NCBI GenBank assembly: GCA_964611275.1
Contig: CAZSZS010000117.1
Location: forward strand, 1 to 56,091
DNA from: an uncultured Eubacteriales bacterium
Lineage (GTDB): Bacteria; Acidobacteriota; Aminicenantia; Aminicenantales; Aminicenantaceae
Length of the DNA: 56,091 nt
Direction of reading: 5' to 3'
Position 1 is the stretch's first letter. Each line of letters opens with the position of its first letter. Shown in pieces: positions 29,968 to 39,209 of this stretch. The position numbers and the translations under genes are program-made. The notes below the pieces were generated by a model, which saw only the letters and a program-made list of their open reading frames with translations, was not told the DNA's origin and ran no database searches.

Positions 29968-30516
29968 TTAATTCTCCTTTTCCTCCTTTAATATTTTTGC
30001 CAGTTGGATGCGGCCGCGGTTGACCCTTGATTTCACAGTTCCCAGGGGAGAAGCCATTATTTCTGCGATGTCCTCATATTTTTTCCCTTGGATATCTCTG
30101 AGAATAAGAGCTATTCTCACATCAGCATTGAGTGAACTCATTCCTTTCCAGATTATTTTCTGGTTCTGTTTCTTGATGATAGTTTCTTCAGGATCTGTCT
30201 TGCCTTCCGAATCGAGCATGTGTTCATTGAAATCAGTTCGCTGTTTCTTTTCAAGTTTTGTTTTCCTGTAGTGGTCTATCAGGTAGTTGCGTGATAAAGT
30301 GGTGATCCAGGAACTAAAATTCCTGGAACAGTCATATTTATGGAGAGAGTTGTAGACCTTAATGAATATTTCCTGTGTCAGGTCTTCGGAGGTTTCATAC
30401 GAGCCCGTGAATTGATAGGCAAGATTGAATATTCTTTTTGAGTAGGTATCAATGAGCATTTTCCAAGACCTCTGGTTTCCGTCGATGCATTCTCTTATGA
30501 TTTCTTTTATTTTCAC
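29968..30516 (-). CDS. ECF sigma factor
   Basis: EDLTQEIFIKV, FSSWI..RNYLID, YEDIAEI..GTVKSRVNRGR. Confidence 0.93.
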   Translation of the reverse strand: MKIKEIIRECIDGNQRSWKMLIDTYSKRIFNLAYQFTGSYETSEDLTQEIFIKVYNSLHKYDCSRNFSSWITTLSRNYLIDHYRKTKLEKKQRTDFNEHMLDSEGKTDPEETIIKKQNQKIIWKGMSSLNADVRIALILRDIQGKKYEDIAEIMASPLGTVKSRVNRGRIQLAKILKEEKEN

Positions 30517-30530
30517 TTAACACACCTTAA

Positions 30531-30558
30531 TAGACGAAGATTTGGCTTGAAAAGTTCC
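30531..30558 (-). promoter_or_regulatory. ECF-type autoregulatory promoter
   Basis: Minus strand GGAACT-N16-CGTCTA, 14 nt upstream of the sigma GTG. Confidence 0.7.
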
Positions 30559-30581
30559 GCAGCAACCGGTGATGTTTTTTT

Positions 30582-30609
30582 ATTCTATGTGCTTCTACGA
30601 TTATGTCAA
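30582..30609 (-). promoter_or_regulatory. Sigma70-type promoter upstream of the ECF operon
   Basis: Minus strand TTGACA-N16-TAGAAT. Confidence 0.5.
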
Positions 30610-30771
30610 TGCGAAACAGTACGGGATCAAAGGATTCGGCGCAAAAAACGAAAATTCCTTGACTTGCAATAGTTAAATATGACAGGATAATTTTCTAGCC
30701 AAATTAGAGAAATGCAGGAATAAAAGATATGAATTTTTCTTTTCAATAATTTTTCCATATGGGAGGTTTAA

Positions 30772-31818
30772 ATGGAAGGAATTGTAGGCTACGGAGCCTA
30801 TATCCCGAGAAACCGGATTAAAGTGGAAGAGATAGCCAAAGTATGGGGAGCGGATGCCCCAAGCTACAAGAAAGGTCTGATGCTTGAGGAAAAGTCAGTC
30901 CCTTCGCCTGACCAGGACACCATAACCATGTCTGTCGAAGCATCTAAAAATGCACTAAAAAGAGCCGGGATCGATCCCGTTGATATCGGTGCTGTGTATA
31001 TTGGATCTGAGTCGCATCCTTATGCGGTCAAACCAAGCGGCACGGTTCTTGCTGAAGCGCTGGGAGCCACTCCGGAAGTCCATACAGCTGATTTTGAGTT
31101 TGCATGTAAGGCCGGGACCGAAGGTATGTTTGTGGCATTGAATCTCGTTAAGGCGGGCGTAGTTAAATACGGTCTTGGAGTCGGAGCAGATACTTCTCAA
31201 GGGGCCCCTGGTGATGCTTTGGAATACTCAGCAGCTGCAGGCGCTGCTGCCTTTATTTTTGGGAAAGACAAAGTGGTCGCAGAAGTCCTCGATACCTATG
31301 CTTATATGACGGATACACCTGATTTTTGGAGAAGGGAATACGAATACTACCCCCAGCACGGAGGCCGGTTCACTGGGGAACCTGCCTATTTTAAACATGT
31401 TATTGGAGCGGCAAAAGGAATTATGAATAAGGCGGGAATGCAGGCCGGTGATTTCAATTATGTGATATTCCACCAGCCCAACGGCAAATTTCCCTTTAAG
31501 GCAGGTAAAATTCTGGGTTTTTCCAGGCAGCAGATAGAACCAGGATGGCTGGTGAACAAGCTCGGGAACACGTATTCAGGTTCTTCTCCTTTGGGATTGA
31601 CAGCTACACTTGATATAGCAAAACCAGGTGATCATGTTCTATTGGTCTCATACGGTTCCGGCGCGGGAAGCGATGCGTTCATTCTAAAGGTCACTCCGAG
31701 GATCGATGAAGTGAGGGATCTAGCCCCTTTGACCAGAGAGATCCTGGACCATAACAAGAAATATCTTGAATACGGGGAATACGCAAAATTCAGAGAAAAA
31801 ATAAGGAAAGCAGAGTAG
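30772..31818 (+). CDS. Archaeal-type hydroxymethylglutaryl-CoA synthase
   Basis: GIVGYGAYIP, GSESHPYAVKP (Glu), DFEFACKAGT (catalytic Cys), DTPDFWRR, FHQPNGKFP (His), GNTYSGS, SYGSGAGSD. Confidence 0.9.
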   Translation: MEGIVGYGAYIPRNRIKVEEIAKVWGADAPSYKKGLMLEEKSVPSPDQDTITMSVEASKNALKRAGIDPVDIGAVYIGSESHPYAVKPSGTVLAEALGATPEVHTADFEFACKAGTEGMFVALNLVKAGVVKYGLGVGADTSQGAPGDALEYSAAAGAAAFIFGKDKVVAEVLDTYAYMTDTPDFWRREYEYYPQHGGRFTGEPAYFKHVIGAAKGIMNKAGMQAGDFNYVIFHQPNGKFPFKAGKILGFSRQQIEPGWLVNKLGNTYSGSSPLGLTATLDIAKPGDHVLLVSYGSGAGSDAFILKVTPRIDEVRDLAPLTREILDHNKKYLEYGEYAKFREKIRKAE

Positions 31819-31827
31819 GAGGATAAA

Positions 31828-32982
31828 ATGAGAGAAGTGGCGGTCATAGGAATCGGAATGACAAAATGGGGAGAGCTTTGGAATAAATCCCTGAGGGATA
31901 TTTATGTAGAAACAGCGTTGATGGCCATAGATGATGCAGCGGTCGAACATATTGACTCCATGTATATTGGGTCCATGTCATCGGGGATTTTCGTAGGACA
32001 GGAACATATTGCCTCCCTTCTTGCGGATTATTTGGGCTGCGCTCCTGTACCTTCAACAAGAGTGGAGACAGCCTGTGCCTCCGGGGGACTCGCGTTAAGA
32101 CTCGGATTTATGGAAGTAGCCAGCGGGATGAGTGATATCGTTCTGGTGAGCGGGGTCGAGAAGATGACAGATGTCGGAGGGGATGAGGCCACCTATGCGC
32201 TGGGTACTGCAGCTGACCAGGAGTATGAATGCTACCACGGGATCACGTTTCCGGGGCTTTATGCCCTGATGGCGGTGGCACATATGGATAAGTACGGAAC
32301 CACGAGAAAACAGCTGGCAGAGGTGGCGGTCAAGAACCACAGAAACGGCTCAAAGAATCCTCTTGCCCAGTTTCCTTTTGAAGTGACCGTTGATGATGTG
32401 TTGAATTCAGTCAAGGTAGCAGACCCGCTGAGGATACTGGACTGCTCTCCTATAACCGATGGAGCTGCAGCAGCCATAATATGCCCGATTGAACTCGCTA
32501 AGAAACTGAACAAACCCGTTGTTAAGATAACAGGAAGCGGTCATGCTACAGATGCCATAGCTATCAGCCAAAGAAAAGATATGACCTGGTTAGAGTCCAC
32601 CTATAAGGCAGGAAAAAGCGCGTATGAAATGGCTGGGAAAACTCCCGGTGATATTGATGTGTTTGAAGTCCATGATTGTTTCACTATCGCAGAGCTCTGC
32701 GTTATGGAGGCTCTGGGCGTGGTTGATAAGGGGAAAGCAGGGGAAGCTGTGGAAAGGGGCAGGACCGCAGTGGAAGGAGATATACCTGTTAATGCAAGCG
32801 GCGGTTTGAAATCAAAGGGACATCCGGTAGGAGCAACAGGAATTGCCCAGGTTGTGGAGATCGTCAAACAATTGAGAGAAGAATCAGGCGAAAGACAGGT
32901 CAAGGGAGCGCGCTTCGGACTCACTCAGAATATGGGTGGCAGTGGTGCGAGTACGGTCGTTCATATTTTTGAGAGAGAATAA
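31828..32982 (+). CDS. Archaeal-type (SCP2-like) acetoacetyl-CoA thiolase
   Basis: [10 protein letters not shown] (Cys), [37 protein letters not shown]. Confidence 0.9.
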   Translation: MREVAVIGIGMTKWGELWNKSLRDIYVETALMAIDDAAVEHIDSMYIGSMSSGIFVGQEHIASLLADYLGCAPVPSTRVETACASGGLALRLGFMEVASGMSDIVLVSGVEKMTDVGGDEATYALGTAADQEYECYHGITFPGLYALMAVAHMDKYGTTRKQLAEVAVKNHRNGSKNPLAQFPFEVTVDDVLNSVKVADPLRILDCSPITDGAAAAIICPIELAKKLNKPVVKITGSGHATDAIAISQRKDMTWLESTYKAGKSAYEMAGKTPGDIDVFEVHDCFTIAELCVMEALGVVDKGKAGEAVERGRTAVEGDIPVNASGGLKSKGHPVGATGIAQVVEIVKQLREESGERQVKGARFGLTQNMGGSGASTVVHIFERE

Positions 32983-32996
32983 GAAAGGAGAAAATA

Positions 32997-33392
32997 ATGT
33001 CAACACCTTCAAGATATTGGAGAGAGATACCTCAAAGGTATAGACTGGAAGCCAATAGTTGTACACAGTGCAGACAGAAGTTCTTTCCGCCGAGGCTTGT
33101 CTGCCCGGAATGCGGCTCTCGCGATTTGGTGAAAACAAAGATTGCGGAAAAAGGAAAAGTCATAAGCTATACAATAATTAGAGTCCCTCCCAGTCAGTTC
33201 AAAGACCAGGCTCCCTATGCTGTCGGAGTCGTGGAGCTGGATGACGGGGTCAAACTTATGGGGCAGATCGTTGATTGTGATTTTGAGGATTTGAAGCTGG
33301 GAAAAAGGGTCAAGATCGAGTTCAGAAAGCTTTTTAAAAATGGACATTCAGGGATACTGTGTTATGGATATAAGTTTGTTCCTGATTCATAA
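32997..33392 (+). CDS. DUF35 Zn-ribbon/OB-fold scaffold protein
   Basis: WREIPQRYRL, CTQC..FPPR..CPEC, GKVISYT, APY, YGYKF. Confidence 0.92.
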   Translation: MSTPSRYWREIPQRYRLEANSCTQCRQKFFPPRLVCPECGSRDLVKTKIAEKGKVISYTIIRVPPSQFKDQAPYAVGVVELDDGVKLMGQIVDCDFEDLKLGKRVKIEFRKLFKNGHSGILCYGYKFVPDS

Positions 33393-33459
33393 GAAAGGTT
33401 TAACAAAGCATTTAAAAAAGCCGTATCGATTATGATTTGATACACAAGGGGATAAGGGT

Positions 33460-35067
33460 ATGTTTAGAATCAAAAGCAAAATAGACACAAAAAGTCCTGA
33501 GTACAAAAAAAATTTAGAATACATGAAAAAACAGGTTGATGAGTACAGGAAAAATTTTACCCTAATAAAAAAAGGAGGCCCAGAGAAATACAGAAAGATT
33601 CACAAATCAAGAGGTAAATTATTAGCAAGAGAGCGGCTTGAAAGACTTTTTGACCGCAACACTCCTTTTTTGGAATTAAGCCCCATGGCCGCATATGGGA
33701 TGTATGATGACCAGGCCCCGGGAGCCAGCATGGTGACAGGGGTGGGAGTGGTCCATGGGCGGGAAGTGCTTGTGATTGCCAATGATGCGACTGTAAAAGG
33801 CGGAACCTATTTTCCCATGACCATAAAAAAGCATATAAGAGCCCAGGAAGTGGCTATGGAAAACCGTCTTCCCTGTATTTATTTGGTCGATTCCGGCGGA
33901 ATATTTCTTCCTCATCAGGCAGGGACTTTCCCGGATAAGGAGCACTTTGGACGCATTTTTTATAACCAAGCCCGGCTCTCTGCAATGGGGATCCCCCAGA
34001 TCTCCATCGTTATGGGTTCCTGTACCGCGGGGGGAGCTTATGTACCGGCCATGAGTGATGAGACAGTGATCGTCAAAGAACAGGGGACCATTTTTATAGG
34101 AGGACCCCCTCTGGTCAAAGCAGCCACTGGAGAAGAGGTGACGGATGAAGAGCTTGGAGGGGCAGATGTGCACTGCCGGATATCAGGGGTTTCTGATTAT
34201 TTTGCCCAGGATGACGAACATGCATTAAAGATTGCCAGAAATATTGTTGAGACACTCGATCCTTCAAAAAAATTCCCGCTTGACCGCAAGGAACCTGAGG
34301 AACCTTATTATGACCCAAATGAATTAATGGGGATCATTCCCAGGGATTTAAAAAAATCCTTTGATACAAGAGAGGTCATCGCCAGGATCGTCGACGGAAG
34401 CCGGTTTCAGGAATTTAAAGAAAAATACGGGATCACTCTTGTGTGCGGATTTGCGAGGATCATGGGTTATCCGGTGGGAATTGTTGCGAACAACGGAGTC
34501 CTTTTTTCTGAAAGTTCTTTGAAGGGTTCCCATTTCATAACCCTGTGTGCGTTGAGAAAGATCCCTTTGGTTTTCCTTCAAAACATAACCGGATTTATTG
34601 TTGGAAAACAGTATGAGCATGGAGGAATTGCCAAAGACGGAGCCAAGATGGTTCATGCGGTTGCTAATGCTGATGTGCCTAAATTTACCGTGATCATAGG
34701 TGGTTCCTATGGTGCGGGGAATTACGCTATGTGCGGAAGAGCTTATGACCCCCGTATTTTGTGGATGTGGCCGAACGCCAGAATCAGTGTGATGGGTGGA
34801 GAACAGGCAGCCAATGTACTGCTTACAGTGAAGGAAAAGCATTTTGAGAAAACGGGAAAAAAGATGACTGAAGCAGAAAAAAACAAGATCAAGCAGCCCA
34901 TTTTAGAGAAATACGAGCATGAGGGCAGCCCTTATTACAGTACGGCACGGTTATGGGATGATGGGATCATCGAGCCTTTAGATACCAGAGAAGCGCTGGC
35001 TCTTGGAATTTCCATGAGCTTGAACGAAACGATTCCTGACTACAAAGTGGGAATCTTCAGGATGTAA
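33460..35067 (+). CDS. 3-methylcrotonyl-CoA carboxylase carboxyltransferase (beta) subunit, LiuB/MccB-like
   Basis: [68 protein letters not shown]. Confidence 0.9.
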   Translation: MFRIKSKIDTKSPEYKKNLEYMKKQVDEYRKNFTLIKKGGPEKYRKIHKSRGKLLARERLERLFDRNTPFLELSPMAAYGMYDDQAPGASMVTGVGVVHGREVLVIANDATVKGGTYFPMTIKKHIRAQEVAMENRLPCIYLVDSGGIFLPHQAGTFPDKEHFGRIFYNQARLSAMGIPQISIVMGSCTAGGAYVPAMSDETVIVKEQGTIFIGGPPLVKAATGEEVTDEELGGADVHCRISGVSDYFAQDDEHALKIARNIVETLDPSKKFPLDRKEPEEPYYDPNELMGIIPRDLKKSFDTREVIARIVDGSRFQEFKEKYGITLVCGFARIMGYPVGIVANNGVLFSESSLKGSHFITLCALRKIPLVFLQNITGFIVGKQYEHGGIAKDGAKMVHAVANADVPKFTVIIGGSYGAGNYAMCGRAYDPRILWMWPNARISVMGGEQAANVLLTVKEKHFEKTGKKMTEAEKNKIKQPILEKYEHEGSPYYSTARLWDDGIIEPLDTREALALGISMSLNETIPDYKVGIFRM

Positions 35068-35068
35068 C

Positions 35069-35884
35069 ATGGTAGAAAAAGAATACGAAACAATCATCTG
35101 TAGAAAAGAAAAGCAGAAATTGTCTCTGACCTTAAACCGTCCAAAAGTACACAATGCCTTTAATTCAACCATGATTTCTGAGATGCTGGATGTCTTGAAA
35201 GCAATAAAAGATGATGCCTCTGTCAGAGTGATTGTGTTGACTGGAAAAGGGAAGTCATTTTGTGCGGGCGCGGATTTAAACTGGATGAGGGAGATCATCC
35301 ATTATTCTTATGACCAGAATCTTAAGGAATCGTTAGAAATAGCAGAACTTCTTCACACCATATACTCAGTTCCAAAACCTACTATAGCCCGCGTGAACGG
35401 TACTGCCATAGGAGGGGGGGTCGGCTTTCTTTCCGCCTGCGATATTGTTGTCGCGGCATCCACAGCCAAATTTGGTTTGAGTGAAGTGAAAATCGGGCTT
35501 ATTCCTGCTGCCATCTCTCCGTATGTAGTCAAAAGAATAGGGGAGTGCAAGGCTAGAGAGTATTTTCTGACAGGAGAGAGGATTTCAGCTGAGAAAGGCG
35601 AAAAAATCGGACTTGTGAACCGTGTTTGTTCTTATGAAAACCTTGATTCTGAGATAGAAAATATGGTCGAACGTCTTTTGTCTTCCGGCCCGGAGGCTAT
35701 GGCCAGCTGCAAAGAACTTCTTTTCAAGGTGCCTCAGATCTCACTGGAAGAGGCCAAGGAATATACAGCCAGAATGATCGCTAATCTCAGGGTCAGCGAT
35801 GAAGGGCAGGAAGGCATGACAGCTTTCTTGGAAAAGCGAAAGCCTTCTTGGATGTTTGGAAAAAAGGGAAAAAAGAATGTTTAA
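35069..35884 (+). CDS. Enoyl-CoA hydratase, methylglutaconyl-CoA hydratase (LiuC-like)
   Basis: LNRPKVHNAF, FCAGADLNWM, GGGVG, LSEVKIGLIPAAISPYV; sits between the MCC subunits as in liu operons. Confidence 0.85.
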   Translation: MVEKEYETIICRKEKQKLSLTLNRPKVHNAFNSTMISEMLDVLKAIKDDASVRVIVLTGKGKSFCAGADLNWMREIIHYSYDQNLKESLEIAELLHTIYSVPKPTIARVNGTAIGGGVGFLSACDIVVAASTAKFGLSEVKIGLIPAAISPYVVKRIGECKAREYFLTGERISAEKGEKIGLVNRVCSYENLDSEIENMVERLLSSGPEAMASCKELLFKVPQISLEEAKEYTARMIANLRVSDEGQEGMTAFLEKRKPSWMFGKKGKKNV

Positions 35885-37394
35885 AAAGATACTGATCGCA
35901 AACCGTGGAGAAATTGCGGTTCGAATCATCAGGGCCTGTCAGGAAATGGGTATTGCAACCGTGGCTGTTTATTCAGAAGCAGATAGAAAAAGTCTGCATG
36001 TACAGCTTGCAGACGAAGCAGTATGCATAGGACCGGCTCAAGCCGTTGACAGCTACCTTGATAGTGACAATGTTATCCATGCGGCCAAGGAGAAAAAAGC
36101 CGAGGCGATCCATCCCGGTTATGGTTTTCTTGCTGAGAATCCGTCTTTTTCCTTAAGGTGTGAAAAGGAAGGGATTATTTTTATAGGACCGAATTCAAGA
36201 GCCATGGATTTGGTGGGAGATAAGGTGCGTTCAAGACAGACCGTGGAAAAAGCAGGCGTCCCTATTATTCCCGGTATGAAATGTGTATTGGAAAATGTTT
36301 CTGAATATGAAAAAGAAGCCCGTACCATCGGCTATCCTATAATGATCAAAGCATCTGCCGGAGGAGGGGGCAAAGGCATGCGCATTATCCACTCTCATGA
36401 AAAGCTGAAAGCCGGACTTGAAGCCGGCATGAGAGAGGCGAAATCTGCCTTTGGTGACGAATCTGTCTATCTGGAAAAGTGCATTCAGGAGCCCCGCCAC
36501 GTCGAATTTCAGATACTGGCAGATAACTATGGGAACATTGTGCATCTTTTTGAGCGCGAATGCTCGATCCAGAGAAGGCATCAAAAAATCATTGAAGAAT
36601 CTCCATCTCCAGCTCTTGATCAAGACTTAAGGAATAAAATGGGGGATGTGGCCAAAAAAGTCATTCAAGCGACCGGATACAACAATGCCGGGACAGTTGA
36701 ATTCCTTCTTGATAAGGATAGAAATTTTTATTTCCTGGAAGTCAATGCAAGACTGCAGGTAGAACACCCTGTCACTGAACTGATCACGGGTTTGGATATT
36801 GTCCAGCATCAAATTTTGATTGCAGCCGGGGAAAAGCTCAAAATAAGACAGGACTCACTGAGTCAGAATGGGCATGCGATCGAGTGCAGGATATATGCTG
36901 AGGACCCGGAAAACAATTTTCTCCCTTCGTCAGGAAAAATATTGTTTTTAAACGAACCTTCAGGACCGGGCATCAGGCTCGACAGCGGTATCTACAGTGG
37001 GAGTGAAGTCCCCATTTACTATGATCCCATATTATCAAAGTTGATCGTCTGGGCGGAAAACAGAGGATTGGCCTGTAAAAGAATGATCCAGGCACTGGAC
37101 CATTATGTGATTTTAGGTGTTAAAACAAGCATTTCTTTTTTAAAAGAAGTCATCTCGAGCGCCAGGTTCAGAAGTGGAGATACAACCACTGGTTTTATTG
37201 AAAAACAGTTCAAAAATGGCTTTATCCTGAAGAAAGATGATAAAAACAGAGAAATCTCCCTTCTGGCGGCTGCTTTTTTGGAGCAAAGCAAAAAGTATGG
37301 TTCAGGAATAGGAAAAAAGGAACAGGGACAAGGCTCTCCATGGCAGACTTTGGGGAGATGGAGGCTTGGGAGGAGTGAGGAAAGTGGAACATGA
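35877..37394 (+). CDS. Biotin carboxylase subunit (MCC alpha N-terminal part)
   Basis: KILIANRGEIA, IHPGYGFLAEN, GGGGKGMR, RECSIQRRHQK, EVNARLQVEHPVTE, ECRIYAEDP; ATG at 35877. Confidence 0.93.
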   Translation: MFKKILIANRGEIAVRIIRACQEMGIATVAVYSEADRKSLHVQLADEAVCIGPAQAVDSYLDSDNVIHAAKEKKAEAIHPGYGFLAENPSFSLRCEKEGIIFIGPNSRAMDLVGDKVRSRQTVEKAGVPIIPGMKCVLENVSEYEKEARTIGYPIMIKASAGGGGKGMRIIHSHEKLKAGLEAGMREAKSAFGDESVYLEKCIQEPRHVEFQILADNYGNIVHLFERECSIQRRHQKIIEESPSPALDQDLRNKMGDVAKKVIQATGYNNAGTVEFLLDKDRNFYFLEVNARLQVEHPVTELITGLDIVQHQILIAAGEKLKIRQDSLSQNGHAIECRIYAEDPENNFLPSSGKILFLNEPSGPGIRLDSGIYSGSEVPIYYDPILSKLIVWAENRGLACKRMIQALDHYVILGVKTSISFLKEVISSARFRSGDTTTGFIEKQFKNGFILKKDDKNREISLLAAAFLEQSKKYGSGIGKKEQGQGSPWQTLGRWRLGRSEESGT

Positions 37395-37890
37395 ATTCGT
37401 TGTCGACAATAAGCTGTTGAAAATATTTCTTGAAAAAAAAGGCGATCAGTATGTTGTTGGTGTTGGTGATGATATATATACAGCAGACATCAAAAACTTA
37501 TCTCCCCGTATCATTTCCATCAAGATAGAAGATAAGGTCTACAGAGTATTTATTGCGCGAAGCAATGATGGATTTTACGTGCAGTGCAGAGGAGATCAGT
37601 ATTTCATCAAAGATTCAGACCAGGATGATAGTGAAGTGCAGGGCAGTGAAGAGAGGTCAAGAGAGGATATGTTGAATATCAAGTCTACCATGCCCGGGAA
37701 GGTCATAAAAATTGAAGTTGCCGAGAAACAGGAGGTAAGAGCGGGGCAGACTCTGGCTATTGTAGAAGCAATGAAAATGGAGAATGAGATCAAATGTTCG
37801 TTGAAAGGATTTGTGAAAAAGATATTTGCTTCCGAAGGCGACCTTGTTGATTCTGACAATCCTATAATGGAGCTAGAAGAAAAAAGTTAA
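37384..37890 (+). CDS. Biotin carboxyl carrier protein with N-terminal beta domain
   Basis: MPGKV...EAMKMENEI biotinylation motif; GTG at 37384 preceded by GAGGAGTGAGG. Confidence 0.9.
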   Translation: MEHEFVVDNKLLKIFLEKKGDQYVVGVGDDIYTADIKNLSPRIISIKIEDKVYRVFIARSNDGFYVQCRGDQYFIKDSDQDDSEVQGSEERSREDMLNIKSTMPGKVIKIEVAEKQEVRAGQTLAIVEAMKMENEIKCSLKGFVKKIFASEGDLVDSDNPIMELEEKS

Positions 37891-37920
37891 GATAAAATTC
37901 AAGGACAGTATGTATTTTTG

Positions 37921-38098
37921 ACTTACATCAGGCTGGAAAGTTCTTCAGCCCGCTGATTTTCCCCAGCGAGTAAAATCAGCTTATTCCTCGGCTCGCTCTC
38001 CTCTGTGAGGAACCATGCCAGCTCACCTCCGGATGACTTCAGAACCAGCCAGCCAGCCTGAAAGTCAGGAGCACAATCCATATCTGAATTTCTGAAGG
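37921..38098. repeat. Repeat B copy 2 (37921-38065, inverted, 26-bp insertion) plus the end of element A (38068-38098)
   Basis: Matches the reverse complement of 10658-10776 (e.g. GTTCTTCAGCCCGCTGATTTT, TTATTCCTCGGCTCGCTC, CCTCCGGATGACTTCAGAACCAGCCAGCC); GGAGCACAATCCATATCTGAATTTC matches the reverse complement of 10421-10445 with 2 mismatches. Confidence 0.85.
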
Positions 38099-38207
38099 TC
38101 AAGGAAGGGCGGGGTTTGCAAAAAGTAATGAATGTTTTCATAATAAGTGTATGAAAGACCGGGATAATGATTATTATTGATGCAACTTTTCTCGGTGTAG
38201 GCAAGTT

Positions 38208-38810
38208 ATGAATGATAAGAGAATGGACGATAAAAATTTAATCTTGTTGGTTCAACAAGGCGATGAAGAAGCTTTTGAAGAAATCATGTACAAATACAAG
38301 AATAAAATCGTTAATTTTCTCTACAATATGACAGGAGATTATGAAAAAGCTGTGGAGCTGTCTCAGGAAACATTCATAAGGGTTTATTATAAAGCTAAAA
38401 AGTACAAACCAAAGGCTCCTTTTTCTTCATGGCTTTTTACAATTGCATCGAATTTGGCAAAAACAGAGTTAAAGAAGATGAATAAACGAAGGAGTATTCC
38501 TTTGGATAATGTGTACAACAACAACCAGCAGGGATTATCAGAAACGGATGACTTTGAAATGAAAGAAAAAGCAAAAAGAATCAGAAGAGCGCTCAACACT
38601 CTTCATCAGCGCTACAGGATTCCGCTTGTTCTTAAAGATATAGAGGGTTTTTCTCAAGAGGAGATTGCTGTTATGTTAAAAAAGCCTGTCGGGACGATAA
38701 AAGCCCAGATAAGCAGGGGAAGACAATACCTTAAACAGGAAATAATAAAAAATGAATTTAATATGAACTTTAAAACAGAAGCTCAGGAGTTTGAAAATGA
38801 GAGAGCTTGA
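38208..38810 (+). CDS. ECF sigma factor
   Basis: GDEEAF, ELSQETFIRV, FSSWLFTIASN, EIA..LKKPVGTIKAQISRGR; start may be ATG 38223. Confidence 0.93.
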   Translation: MNDKRMDDKNLILLVQQGDEEAFEEIMYKYKNKIVNFLYNMTGDYEKAVELSQETFIRVYYKAKKYKPKAPFSSWLFTIASNLAKTELKKMNKRRSIPLDNVYNNNQQGLSETDDFEMKEKAKRIRRALNTLHQRYRIPLVLKDIEGFSQEEIAVMLKKPVGTIKAQISRGRQYLKQEIIKNEFNMNFKTEAQEFENERA

Positions 38811-39195
38811 TTTTTTAAAAAATTACGAGAGAGTGGAGGCTCCGGAATATTTCGAAAAAGGAGTCATGACCCTTTTATCACAGAGAAAAAAGAAAAAAGT
38901 AAAGAACCGCATCTTCCGTCTTTCATTGGCAGGGGCCGCATGTACCCTGGGTATTATGCTTTTGGTTTGCAACTTTTTTTTCTTTAATGGAAAAAGCATA
39001 CAGGAATTTACTGAAACCGATACGGAAAGAATTCAGGCCATGGAGGATTATTTCACTATTGGCCATGAAAGCAGAATCCCCATTACAGAAGCTGTTGATT
39101 ATTCGGGAGAGATCAAAAAGCAAACAAATCAGCCCTTAACTGTATATATATTAGAGCAGGTCTCAGAAAGCACCGATGCTAAAATCAAATTTTAG
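38797..39195 (+). CDS. Putative single-pass anti-sigma factor
   Basis: Overlaps the sigma stop; short cytoplasmic N-terminus, basic patch, TM helix, short periplasmic part. Confidence 0.65.
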   Translation: MRELDFLKNYERVEAPEYFEKGVMTLLSQRKKKKVKNRIFRLSLAGAACTLGIMLLVCNFFFFNGKSIQEFTETDTERIQAMEDYFTIGHESRIPITEAVDYSGEIKKQTNQPLTVYILEQVSESTDAKIKF

Positions 39196-39209
39196 GAGGT
39201 CTGTTTAAA

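Noticed and set aside
30772-33392. PhlACB-type Friedel-Crafts acyltransferase
   Set aside because: The HMGCS homologue retains its catalytic Glu/Cys/His and no polyketide synthase is nearby, so the mevalonate-type triad fits better.
37923-38204. 93-aa minus-strand ORF (and the 70-aa ORF at 10419-10631)
   Set aside because: Both run through the non-coding repeat elements and have no protein-like motifs.
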